Of a stretch of DNA of 64,000 bases, positions 27,333 through 39,230 are shown one piece after another. The first letter of the stretch is position 1; each line of letters begins with the position of its first letter. A program made the position numbers and the translations under genes. The stretch comes from Octopus sinensis. Taxonomy: Eukaryota. The stretch spans positions 22,506,001-22,570,000 of the forward strand of contig NC_043006.1 in NCBI RefSeq assembly GCF_006345805.1. Reading direction: 5' to 3'. The notes under the pieces are model-generated. The model made no database searches, was not told the DNA's origin, and was given only the letters and a program-made list of their open reading frames with translations.

Positions 27333-27333
<1 letters not shown>
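25900..27333 (+). mobile_element. R4/Dong-like LINE 3' part (late RT + RLE), frameshifted
   Basis: YKYLG..MKGKIRKEYYRRVR..AINSLAV..HHPKSNVHRLYLPRKEGGRGL, then RLE motifs; ends in (TAA)n. Confidence 0.85.
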
Positions 27334-27402
<69 letters not shown>

Positions 27403-27569
27403 CAACAACAATAATAATAGCAACAACAACAACAATAGATTTATTTCGGTTGGAACCCGTATGTTGGCAACTGCTAGTTTAGATAGAGAAATCCAAACTG
27501 ATATATAGATATATAGATACATAGATAGATGGATGGATATATATCCATCCATCCAAAATTTACATAGAT

Positions 27570-27775
27570 CAGTGCTTTTCAACCTTTTTGCTGGAGCGGA
27601 AACCCAAGGAAACATTCCACTGGCTCGAGGAAGCCCTGTGCAATAATTTAATAGTCTTATGCACACATATCTGCACAGGAGAATTAAAAATTACTGCTGA
27701 TTTTGGCAGTTTTGTAACTTCTTGCGGAACCCCTGGACTGGACTGTACTGGCGGAACCCTGGTTGAAAACCACTG
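27570..27775. mobile_element. hAT (Charlie-type) MITE
   Basis: TIRs CAGTGCTTTTCAACC and GGTTGAAAACCACTG; perfect 8-bp TSD ACATAGAT at 27562-27569 and 27776-27783. Confidence 0.9.
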
Positions 27776-29004
27776 ACATAGATACATATACATTACATAC
27801 ATACATGCATACATACATACATACATACATACATACATACATACATACATACATACATACATACATACATACATACATACATGTTAACAGAAGTCATCCG
27901 TTCCAGGCCATACCGAAACTCCACAAAATGGCATGAAATGCTCTTTAATTTGTCCATCGCAAATATATACAAGTATATACATATTTTCATGTATGTGTGC
28001 TCGCACGTGCGCTTTTCCGTTGTTGATTCATGGTTTATGTTTTTAACAAAACATATGAGAAATGTTGTTTTCTATATGGAATATGAAAGTTTGCAAGCAA
28101 CATGAAATGCGTATATGGATGTAACTGTTTGTATACACTCTCCGAGCCACTTATATACACCCATAGTCCACTCGTAGTTTGTTGTTCACATTTCAGCTTA
28201 GCTTCTTAAAAAAAAAACTGTTCGCTCTACAATTTGTTTATTTAGTGTACAGCTTATATGTGCTGTCCCCAACATTTATACGTGTTCGTAGTCTACTCGC
28301 AATTTGTTGTTTAAATCTCAAATCGTTAAGCGAATGGACTATCAGTCATCTATAAGCTTACATAGTCTTCTGCAGGTTCGTTGATCAAATTTCAACTCTT
28401 TATGTGAATTTAATTTTCTTCAGAAAGCCCGTTCGTTATTCGATTGTTTCGTTTAGAGAACCATTCGTATATGGATGCGCCACAATATACATGGATGTAT
28501 GCATGCATGTATGTATGCATGCAAGCATGTATGTATGTATGTATGTATGTATGTATGTGTATGTATGTATGTATGTATGTATGTATGTATGTATGAAGGT
28601 AACTCAGGTAACTAGGATAATTCCGACATAAAACCTGCGGCTCAGTGGTTACCGATGATGTTGACTTGTTCTTCTTTTCGGATTATGGCTGCTGTTGCTT
28701 AGTGAGTGGGATTGACTCAGTGCACAGCCTTTCCTCGCTTTAAAAAAAGTCTTCTTGCACAGGCATTGCACGATAACAACATTGATTAAGCTTCGCGCAA
28801 TGGCCATACTCGATAACGAGGGGGCAGCCACCATGTATGTATGTATGTATGTATGTATGTATGTATGTATGTATGTATGTATGTATGTATGTATGTAGTG
28901 GATTCGTAGAATCGTTAGAGAGTCGGTCTTAACGCCATTTAGTAACAGTTCTGGGCATTCAGAGTTCAAAAGTGCGTGAAGTCAACTTCGACAGATTGTA
29001 AGAA

Positions 29005-29120
29005 CGTGAAATTAAAGGCTTTGCTCAAAGGTACAATGCACTCCCCAATCCAGGAATGGAAGCCATAACCTCATGGTTATAAACCAAATACCCCCCACAA
29101 CCACTAGGCCACGCGCGTTC
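29005..29120 (-). mobile_element. SINE-C group head fragment
   Basis: CGCGTGGCCTAGTGGTT head and TTGAGCAAAGCC..ATTTCACGTT centre on minus strand. Confidence 0.55.
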
Positions 29121-29449
29121 ACGATTTTTACCCTGAAATAATAATTTATAATGAATAATACAAAACTTACGGAGTGACATTTCGAAATGATACGCAACTA
29201 AAAGGTCATTCAGCTACTTCTAAGCATCATGGGAAATTTTTTCCCCACATATTTAATTTTCCTTTTTTCTTTACTTTCTTCTAAATTTTATGCTTCCCAG
29301 GCTTGTTGTGTCAATCCACAGCTTGAATGTTTCCATAAAATATTTTAGTATTCTTTGACAGGAAGTGTAATGTGTGGGTAGCAGTTAAGAGCTTACAGTG
29401 CACTTATATCTTGATCTTTGCTTAGAAACATAGTTGAGATAATGAATAG

Positions 29450-29513
29450 CTATCTATCTATTTATCTCTTTATTGGGCTGTCTATCTGTCACCTCTCTCT
29501 CTCTCTCTCTCTG

Positions 29514-29588
<75 letters not shown>

Positions 29589-29594
29589 ACCTAC

Positions 29595-29666
<72 letters not shown>

Positions 29667-29690
29667 TTATCTGTCTATCTCCCTCTAGCT
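29450..29690. repeat. (TC)n/(TATC)n/(TA)n compound microsatellite
   Basis: Direct reading. Confidence 0.95.
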
Positions 29691-29984
29691 ATGTATACAT
29701 GCATACAAATACACGCACATAACAAACCTACAAAAATACCTTATCTACCAATACATTTTATATATTTGTATACACTCACACTCACACTCACGCACACTTA
29801 TGCACATACATACAGACATACTTATACATATATACATACATACATGCAGGGAGAGAGGTGGGTAGAAAGATGTGGACACACACGCACACACACGCATATA
29901 TAGGGAGCGATGGGTAAGTTGTGGCCATTTTATCATTTTAATTTCGCGCATGCACATTGTTTGCTTTTGATTTTGTCGACAACA

Positions 29985-30640
29985 CCGTATAGTAGGGTCA
30001 GCTGGGCACCGTTTGTGAGAAAAACAGCATCATGACGCAATTCACTCTGCCAGAAATTTGGAAATGACATGCTGTACTGCTTAGCATTCACGCCGGAAGC
30101 TCCAATACGAACATTTCAGAGTGTTTGGTTGTCAGTCTGAGGACAGTGCAATCTGAGGAAATGTACCGAGAGTGATAAAAAGCAAACACCCAGTCACATT
30201 CATGGTGTTTCAAGTGATCAGTAGTGATGGCGATGTTATGCCTTCATTCATTTTCTCATACGGCCTCAAACTCAACTGCCTGGAGGAGGTAGTGTCCTGG
30301 ATCAAGAGGGTGGCTGCTGGAAGAACCTATGTCTGGCAACAGGACTGCACCATGCCACACAAGCAGGAGAACCCACTCATGGCTGTCAGACAATTTCTGT
30401 GACCACACCACCCCTAACATCTGGCCACCTAACTCCCCACACTGCAACCCCCTTGATCATTATTTGCGGGGCGCAGTTGAGCGAGAGACCAACGAAACTC
30501 CTTGTAACACGAAAGATGAACTGAAGTCAGCATTCACCAACGTATACAAAGAGACCGTCCAGAAGAGTTGTAAGAGATTCCGAAGTCGTCTGGACACCGT
30601 AGCTGAAGCCAATGTCGATAAATTTACTCTTTAATATTTT
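29985..30640 (+). mobile_element. Internally deleted Tc1/mariner-superfamily element, maT (DD37D) type
   Basis: KHPVTFMVFQVISSDG..WQQD + (one-base frameshift) APCHTSRRTHSWLSDNF..WPPNSPHCNPLD; 37 residues between the last two Asp once the frame is restored. Confidence 0.8.
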
Positions 30641-30653
30641 AATATATTTTTAT

Positions 30654-30780
30654 GCATAAGGAGTGGCTGTGTGGTAAGTAGCTTGCTTACCAACCACATG
30701 GTTCCGGGTTCAGTCCCACTGCGTGTCACTTTGGGCAAGTGTCTTCTACTATAGCCTCGGGCCGACCAAAGCCTTTCGTG

Positions 30781-30860
<80 letters not shown>

Positions 30861-31043
30861 TCTGTCTGTGTTTGTCCCCCCAAATCGCTTGACAACCGGT
30901 GCTGGTGTGTTCACGTCCCCGTAACTTAGCGGTTCGGCAAAGAATAAGTCCTGGGGTCGATCTGCTCGACTAAAGGCGGTGCTCCAGCATGGCCGCAGTC
31001 AAATGACTGAAACAAGTAAAAGAGTAAAAGAGAGTAAAGAGTA
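30654..31043 (+). mobile_element. SINE-A, near full length
   Basis: Consensus match with (AAGAGTA)n tail. Confidence 0.9.
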
Positions 31044-31057
31044 TAGATATATATATA

Positions 31058-31566
31058 AGATGTTGCGTTGTGCTGGGTGGGGGTGGGGGTTGGACTCCCT
31101 GTTCGAATACAGATACAGGATACAGATATTGTGTCGTATAGCCAGCTGAAACGATGTTTCCTGGGGCTAAACAACAGTAACACTCGTCCCTTTCAGGACA
31201 GCCACATTATGTTGGTAAATAGTCTTTCCCTTAAAGAACAGTTACTGAATATCTCTCTTTGAAAGATTTAGAAATAGTATTGCTTCTACTTATTAGATCA
31301 GTAACTGTGTGTCACTTTGAAAACTATATTTTTTTCGAACCGGAATTCAGCAACGCCACCTACTCTGTGTTGATAAAGAGCAAGAGCCCAGAAACCTATC
31401 CACAGATGTTGCTTTATGCTGGATGGGGAGCAGGACTTCCTGTTCGAAAATATAAAGGACACAAATATTGTGTGGTATAGCCAGATGGAAACGATGCTCC
31501 TTGGGGCTAAGCAACAGTAACAATTGTCCTTTCCAGGACCGCCACATTATGTTGACAAATAGTTTT
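31058..31566. repeat. Two diverged copies of a unit of about 170 bp (31058-31227, 31404-31566)
   Basis: Shared blocks such as TATAGCCAG..GGGGCTAA..AACAGTAACA..GCCACATTATGTTG. Confidence 0.85.
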
Positions 31567-31571
31567 TACTT

Positions 31572-31619
<48 letters not shown>

Positions 31620-31634
31620 TATATATATATATAG

Positions 31635-31708
<74 letters not shown>

Positions 31709-31711
31709 GGG

Positions 31712-31780
<69 letters not shown>

Positions 31781-31782
<2 letters not shown>

Positions 31783-32007
31783 GGTGAGCTGGCAGAAACG
31801 TTAGCACGCCGGGCGAAATGCTCAGCGGTATTTCGTCTGCCGTTACATTGTGAGTTCAAATTCCGCCGAGGTCGACTTTGCCTTTCATCCTTTCGGGGTC
31901 GATTAAATAAGTACCAGTTACGCACTGGGGTCGATATAATCGACTTAATCCCTTCGTCCGTCCTTGTTCGTCCCCTCTGTGTTTAGCCCCTTGTGGGTAG
32001 TAAAGAA

Positions 32008-32010
<3 letters not shown>
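31781..32010 (+). mobile_element. SINE-B, full length, within (GATA)n
   Basis: Consensus match; both flanks end (GATA)n-GAGGT, consistent with a TSD. Confidence 0.9.
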
Positions 32011-32092
<82 letters not shown>

Positions 32093-32100
32093 GGTCGTAT

Positions 32101-32660
32101 AAAAAGCCAATAACAGCTGTTGAAATTCAGGAGGCGATTAGCAAATAGCACAAATCGCAAATCGCCCGGTTTGGATGGTCTGTCCTATGAATTCTGTCTT
32201 CATGTCTACCGCAACTGGCAACAGAACTGGAGATTTCCTAGTGCTGTTTGCCGAGGTGTGGTGACACTGCTGAGGAAGGACGCCGACAATGGGGATGTAC
32301 GAGGGAATTTTCTTCCTATAACTCTGCTAAACTCGAAGTTTAAGATTTTGGCCAAAGTGTTAGCGAAAAGGTTGGCGCTGATCGGGGAAGCGCAAATGTG
32401 AGAATCTCGAACAGGTCTATCCACAACTTATGCCATACATAAGTTGTCGTGAGAGGGCTGAGACCAAAGCTGGTTTCGAGGTCACTCTGATCAGTTTGGG
32501 TCGACTATGGCTACTTGGAGGCCGTTCTAAAAGCAGGTAGTTTCGGACCTGTTTTCAGAGGCTGGATTGCTCCAATGCACAGCGGCACCTGCTCAGTGGT
32601 CAAAGTGAACGGTCACCTATCAAAAGTGTTTAGTACCGCATGCTCCGGTGCTCTAACACC
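32101..32660 (+). mobile_element. Tx1/L1-like RT fragment
   Basis: KSPGLDGLSYEF..GVVTLLRKD..FLPITLLNSKFKILAKVLAKRL; homologous to 4662-6540. Confidence 0.8.
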
Positions 32661-32784
32661 TTGTCTGTCTGAAATTCAAAGTCCCATGGGATTTTTGCCT
32701 TCCTTTTTTCGTCCATTACCTTCTCCGGTATATTTTTATACCAAGCACCCATAACCTCATATCCATACTTACTACATAGTAACC

Positions 32785-33372
32785 AGTGGAAGTTTTGGGC
32801 TACCCTTTCGTGTCAACGCTTGTACTCTTTCTGCGCAAGACTTTCACAAGCGCTAACAATGTGAGTCACGCTTTCGACCCTCTTCCCACACATTCTGCAG
32901 AGGTCTTTTCCAATGAGTTGGTATTCAATGTCTGGTCCTGCGCAGCGATAATTAGGCTTTCAGTATTCTTTTTTAGGCCACCCTTGTTCAACCACCTCCA
33001 CGATGCTTCCTGATCTTTTACTTTATTGGTTTCACGGTGGAACTGACCATATAATTTCATATAAAGAAGGGTTTTTTCTCTCTCGTTGGCTGTTCTTGAT
33101 CGGAATTCATGAACATGTTCAAGTCCAACTTGTAAGCTCCTTCTGCATTAGCATGTAGCAGGTCTTGTTTGCTGTTTACCAAATATTCTGCCATGCTTCT
33201 TCTTTCACTGTTGATGCACTCCCGTACGCTAATCAGTCCACGTCCACCTTTGCCTCTTTTCATGTATAGCTTGTGTACATTTGCCTTAGGGTGAAGGGCA
33301 CCATGCATTGTCATTGTCTTTCGGGTAGTGCGATCGAATTGGTTAATCTCCTCTTGTGTCCATTTCAGGATT
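32785..33372 (-). mobile_element. R4/Dong-like LINE fragment
   Basis: MHGALHPKANVHKLYMKRGKGGRGLISV..SWRWLNKGGLKKNTESLIIAAQDQTLNTN; 5' end abuts (TAA)n. Confidence 0.85.
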
Positions 33373-33397
33373 GTTATTATTATTATTATTATTATTA

Positions 33398-33435
<38 letters not shown>

Positions 33436-33693
33436 TATTATTATTATTTAGCACGCCGGGCGAAAACCTTAGCGGTATTTCGTCTGCCGCTACGTTCTGA
33501 GTTCAAATTCCGCCGAGGTCGACTTTGCCCTTCATCCTTTCGGGGTCGATTAAATAAGTACCAGTTACGCACTAGGGTCGGTATAATCGACTTAATCTGT
33601 TTGTCTGTCCTTGTTTGTCCTCTCTGTTTTTAGCCCCTTGTGGGTAGTAAAAAAAATATTATTATTATTATTATTATATTATTATTATTATTA

Positions 33694-33742
<49 letters not shown>

Positions 33743-33910
33743 GTTATTGTTATTGTTATTGTTATTGTTATTGTTGTTATTGTTGTTATTGTTATTGTTG
33801 TTGTTGTCGTCGTCGTCTTCGTTGTTGTTGTTGTTGTTGTTGTTATTATTATTATTATTATCATCATTATTATTATCATTATTATTATCATTATTATTAT
33901 CATTATTATT
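33373..33910. repeat. (TTA)n/(TTG)n arrays containing a head-truncated SINE-B at 33447-33658
   Basis: Direct reading. Confidence 0.9.
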
Positions 33911-34128
33911 AAGGCGGCGTGCTGCCAGAATCATTAGCACACCGAGCAAAATGCTTAACGACATTTCGTCTGCTTCACGTTCTGAGTTCAACTTCCGCCG
34001 AGGTCGACTTTGCCTTTCATCCTATCGGGGTCAATTAAATAAGTACCAGTTGCGCACTGGGATCGATGTAATCGACTTAATATCCCTTCCCCCAAAATCA
34101 GGCCTTGTGCATACAATAGGAAGGATTA
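33911..34128 (+). mobile_element. SINE-B, tail ii
   Basis: SINE-B head and centre, tail CCCCAAAATCAGGCCTTGTGC..AAGGATTATT. Confidence 0.85.
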
Positions 34129-34140
34129 TTACGGTTATTA

Positions 34141-34472
34141 TTGAGCGAGAGAGCAGTGCATGTCATCAAAGTGACACTGGGGTAAAATATACGAAGCCCA
34201 ATATACTCATCATGACTACCCGTCTGATAAGGGTACACCATGCACATGCAACACAACCATATGTGCGCGACATGGTGATCTCATATCAAGATTAACAGCG
34301 CATAACCTTGTAGGTGGAGGTCCAGTTTAAGATTTTCACGAGGTCGAGTAGACCGTCCCGCTCAAAAGATCTTTGAATAAGGGTTGTTTAAGGATGTTGA
34401 ACGAAACTTCCATGCTTCCGGAGGTGAATAATCCAAACCGCAAAGAAATCCTCTCAACACATGACTTTGATG
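34141..34472 (-). mobile_element. Truncated copy of the TAA-embedded element at 34640
   Basis: Colinear with 34640-34970 and shares the same terminus. Confidence 0.8.
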
Positions 34473-34551
34473 TCTTTATTCCCAATGTTTTGGGATAGAT
34501 TTCGGAGCAGTTTTATCGCTCTCACATGTTAAACGTCCCCGGTGTATCCTA

Positions 34552-34634
<83 letters not shown>

Positions 34635-34639
34635 CATTA

Positions 34640-35197
34640 TTGAGTGAGAGAGCAGTGCATGCCGTCAAAGTGACACTGGAGTAAAATATACGAAGCCCAG
34701 TATACCCATCATGATTACCCGTCTGATAAGGGTACACTAGGCACATGCATCACAACCATATGTGTGCGACATGGTGATCTCATATCAAGATAAACAGCGC
34801 ATGACCTTCCAGGTGGGGCCCAGTTAGAATTTTCTTCTGGTCGGGTAACACATCCCGCTTAAAAGGTCCCTGAATAAGGGTTGTTTTAGGATGTTGAACG
34901 AAACACCCATGTTTCCAGAGGTGAATTATTCAAATCCCAAAGAATCCCTCTCAACACATGGCTATGATGCTCCCCCACTACTTCTGCTCGTGATCAGAGA
35001 TGCACATATCGTCAGCCACTACGGGACATGCTCAACTGGTTACGGTCAAACAACTGACAAGCAAATCTTTGGTATTAAGCAGAATATTTGCTGTAGCCCA
35101 TTTTTATACCAAGACAAAACAATGTACATGATAACACTTCCAATCAGTTAAGAGATCAGAAGCCATGAGAGCCACTGCCTGGTACTGCATCAGGGCA
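34640..35197 (-). mobile_element. Element of about 560 bp, apparently non-coding, embedded in (TAA)n
   Basis: Flanked on both sides by (TTA)n on the plus strand; second copy adjacent; orientation inferred from flanks. Confidence 0.7.
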
Positions 35198-35208
35198 TTT
35201 TATTATTA

Positions 35209-35269
<61 letters not shown>

Positions 35270-35852
35270 CATCATCATCATCATCGTCATCATCATCATT
35301 ATGTACTCCTTAAATGTTCTCTCTTGCTGCACCTGTCTCCATTTGAACATATGCAATTGCAGTTACTTTCGCAGTAAACTACACACGCGTACGCGCACGC
35401 ACACAGAAACAGATCGTATAGATAAAGTGAAAAATACACTAGCATTTTTTACCTGTCACTCTATGGTTACGTTTGAACTATTTCGTCTTTACTTCTGTCT
35501 TCTTGACGCCATTGTGGGAGGGAAGCCACACGGCTGAAATTATTGAATCTCTGTAGGAGATAATGCAAACGAACTACTTACTTTGAAAACTAGCCAACGA
35601 GACAGCAGGATTTTGTAAAGCTTGCATCTCGCTTGATTCTTTTAAAGTATTTCACAGCAAATGTATAAAACTTCATTGCATAAGCCCTCATTATATAGGA
35701 CACTAGAAATATCTCCATTATCTTCCTACTCAGATCCACAGTTTCAACAATTAATTATCTCGTAGCACATAATGCAATGGTAACAACAACAAAACAGCCA
35801 TAATATGAAATAAGTAACAGAATAGGAAGAGTATATGAAAAAAATACATACC

Positions 35853-36272
35853 TGTTTCTTTATTACCCACAAGGGGCTAAACACAGGGGACAAACAAGGA
35901 CAGACATAGGTATTAAGTCGATTACATCGACCCCAGTGCGTAACTGGTACTTAATTTATCGACCCCGAAAGGATGAAAGGCAAAGTTGACCTCGGCGAAA
36001 TTTGAACTCACAACGTAACGCAGACGAAATACCTATTTCTATTTCTTTATTACCCACTAGGGGCTAAACACAGAGGGGACAAACAAGGACAGACATAGGT
36101 ATTAAGTCGATTACATCGACCCCCAGTGCGTAACTGGTACTTAATTTATCGACCTCGAAAGGATGAAAGGCAAAGTCGACCTCGGCGGAATTTGAACTCA
36201 CAACGTAATGCAGACGAAATACCGCTAAGCATTTCGCCCGGTGTGCTAACGTTTCTGCCAGCTCGCCGCCTT
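35853..36272 (-). mobile_element. SINE-B tandem dimer
   Basis: Full copy plus head-truncated copy joined at AAATA|GGTATTTCGTC; 8-bp direct repeat TACATACC at 35845-35852 and 36273-36280. Confidence 0.9.
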
Positions 36273-37062
36273 TACATACCATCACCCCTGTCGCCGCCAC
36301 CGCTGCCAGTCGGTGAATCGGCAGAGCCTTTGAATTATCGGATGGAAGGATTCTGCTCTCTGAATTCAAATTCTATCGAGGTCAACGTTGCCTTTCAATG
36401 CAGTGGATTGGTGGAACTGTAAGGACATCGGGTTGGATGTCTTGTGGCATTTGTTTCACCTCTTTGCATTCTGAGTTCAAATCCCACTGCGTTGTACTTG
36501 GGTGACAGACTCAATCAGTTTCCCCGATTTAACACTTTGAGTGCCTTTAGCAGAGTCCACTTTGTTGTAAACATTCGAGCCAGGTCTCCGGTTCTATTTA
36601 AGATCCTATGCTTCCTATTTCCCTGTTACTCGCCTAGGAGGCTCTAGATCATAGGCACTGCCTTCCCTCCTGACTGGAAAGTGAAAAAAAAAACATCCTA
36701 TCAGTTTACATGCTCCAACCACAACACGTAGCACACACACGAACGTCATTACTTAGCAGGGTCTCAATCTGCAAAATACACTGGTACAATAATACAGAAA
36801 ACACCAAAGGTGTCATGGTAGCCGCACAAACTTCGTTTGCATGTTAAACAGCCTTCACTGACACAACCACTTATTTCATCAAGTTAGCCAATCTCCAAAT
36901 TAGTTAGCTTGACGAGATATAACCAATCTCTTGATATAATTTTCTGCTCCACATCCTTAGCAACTATGATCACATAGCAAACAATTCTCTGCAGACTCTT
37001 TCTCCCTAACTACCTGATCGTTATCACATCATAATCACACATCAATGGACAGGAGAAAATTA

Positions 37063-37484
37063 GGATCTTTTCGGTTTGAACGGCAGTTTTTTCTAGCGGT
37101 GTCACATGAAATTGTCACCCATAATTATGACCCTAGTATCGATCTATTGTATTTCAATCTGTTTTAGGGTTAGGGTTAGGGTTAGGGGTGGGGGGAGGGT
37201 ATTTTTTTTCTTCACAAATGTAAATAAATTCAATCTGTTTCTTACACGAGGGACATATTCATACGGCACAGAATGTTTTTTTACCTCAATAGACGTATTT
37301 GATTGGTTGAAATTGCAGAAATTGAAGAAAAAAAACAACAAATATCTTACAAACCATATAATTTTCTCAATAATGCCAAGAGAAAAAGATGTTTTATAAA
37401 TACATTCTACCAGTATACGAAGTTTAAAATTTTTTAGTTACCTAGAAATTATGTTAAAAACTGCCGTTCAAACCGAAAAGATCC
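37063..37484. mobile_element. MITE with 29-bp perfect TIRs and internal (TTAGGG)4
   Basis: GGATCTTTTCGGTTTGAACGGCAGTTTTT (37063-37091) and its reverse complement (37456-37484); flanks GAAAATTA and GAAAATTC. Confidence 0.9.
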
Positions 37485-38051
37485 GAAAATTCTTTCCAAA
37501 AAATTCAACAAGTCACGCTGTAACCATTTCCACCAACAGATAAGGATGCAGCTTGTGCTATTCATAACACTTCACTCACTAATATAGATGTTACAGTGAA
37601 TATTACATTCAACAAAATAATCGTAGCAATATCCGGATTACAGTATAGAAAATTCAATCCGAATTACACAACTGAATTAGCCAAATAGATGAACACTGCG
37701 AATAATTTCAAACATAACAGGCCAGTACTATACACAGCAAAAAGAAAACATCATCAGGAAACGAAACAAAGAAATAACTAAAAGATCGAATAAAATTAAC
37801 ACTTGTAGCCATCATGAAGCGCAAAACAATCAATAAAACCTTCTATAAAGTCATTAGCAACATCTGCTACGCTAACAACGACCACACCACAACACATGTC
37901 CAAGAAACAGCCAACACACACACTCCACCACAGAAACGATAGAGAAACCCAAATACTCAAATACTTCACGATAAAATCAGAAACCTACAACTAAAATACC
38001 TAGGGTCTGAAGAATTAATTGCACTCTTCAATATCTCCAATTATTCATACC

Positions 38052-38208
38052 TATTTCTTTATTACCCACAAGGGGCTAAACATAGAGGGGACAAACAAGG
38101 ACAGATATAGGTATTAAGTCGATTACATCGACTCCAGCGCGTAACTGGTACTTAATTTATCGACCCCCGAAAGGATGAAAGGCAAAGTCGACCTCGGCGG
38201 AATTTGCG
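38052..38208 (-). mobile_element. 5'-truncated SINE-B
   Basis: Perfect 17-bp TSD CTCCAATTATTCATACC at 38035-38051 and 38209-38225. Confidence 0.92.
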
Positions 38209-38569
38209 CTCCAATTATTCATACCGACACTGCCAAAGCTCCTGAATCAGGAAACTACAGAATTATGTCTAAGACCTACCAAAAACTTAAGCAAAGTAAC
38301 ATTAAAAAGAAACATTAATATACAAATGTATATCCTGAAAAATACGATAAAGATTCGCCTTGAATATTACACTTTTATAGTGAATCCTGTTTGTACTCGT
38401 TCAATCCACGTATGCCTAATTTAGCTCCTTCGTTGACCTTCTGTCCTTTGCTAAATACCATGACTCACGTGACCATCTGGCTAGACCACAGAACACAAGA
38501 ATATCAAATCTCCCACAGTAAAATATTATATCTCTCCTTTATGTTTTACTATGTATCTGACTGCTGATA

Positions 38570-38955
38570 TCTCTCTATATATAAACGGCAGTTTGTCTGT
38601 CTGCGTGTCTGTGTGTCTGTTAGGTTGTACCCTCACCCTGACCACGGCTTTCAACCGATTCTGATGAAACTTGACACACACATAACCCAATGTCATAATT
38701 CAAAACTAAAGCAGCGAAAATTTTGAAAAGTTCCCCCAGTTCTGAAAAAAATCGATAAATTCGACATGGGGTCGAGAATCAGAAACACAAACCACAGAAT
38801 GTCATGGGGACGCAACTCGACCTTTTTAACTCTCAAAAAAAAAATTTACCATAATTTTTTTTCAATTTTTTTGCTATTTTTTGGCTATAACTCTCTAAAA
38901 ATGCTTTATAGTTATTTCCCTTACAAACCCGAGCAGCGCCGGGCGATACTGCTAG
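38570..38955 (+). mobile_element. Non-autonomous Helitron
   Basis: 5' TC after A, 3' hairpin CCCGAGCAGCGCCGGG then CTAG followed by T; related copies at 53781 and 57863. Confidence 0.85.
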
Positions 38956-39057
38956 TTTCTTATAATTGAAATCCACGTACATTAAACTTGGACAAGTTTT
39001 TGAATCCAAGGTGATTAAGAATTGGTTATTCTTTAAACTTATCTCGAGAGGCGTAAA

Positions 39058-39230
39058 CTAGCTGCACTTAATGTAGAAACTCACTGCTCTTGTGGAAGCT
39101 AGCTGCACTTGCAGAAGTTACTTGCACTTGAGGTAGTAGCTAGCTGCATTTGTATAAGTCAACCACAATTGTAGAAGTTAGCTGCTTTTGGTATAGAAGC
39201 TAGCTGCACTTGTTATAGAACTCAACTGCG
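39058..39230. repeat. Degenerate minisatellite, unit about 20 bp (CTAGCTGCACTTGTAGAAG)
   Basis: About eight diverged units read directly. Confidence 0.75.

Larger units (their letters stand above)
36600..38280 (+). mobile_element. Possible old LINE remnant (A/C-rich), host of the MITE and SINE insertions
   Basis: Compositional bias and fragments such as LKYLGSEELIALFNIS; no intact motif. Confidence 0.3.

Noticed and set aside
37164-37187. True telomere or chromosome fusion scar
   Set aside because: Only four units, and they lie inside a TIR-bounded MITE
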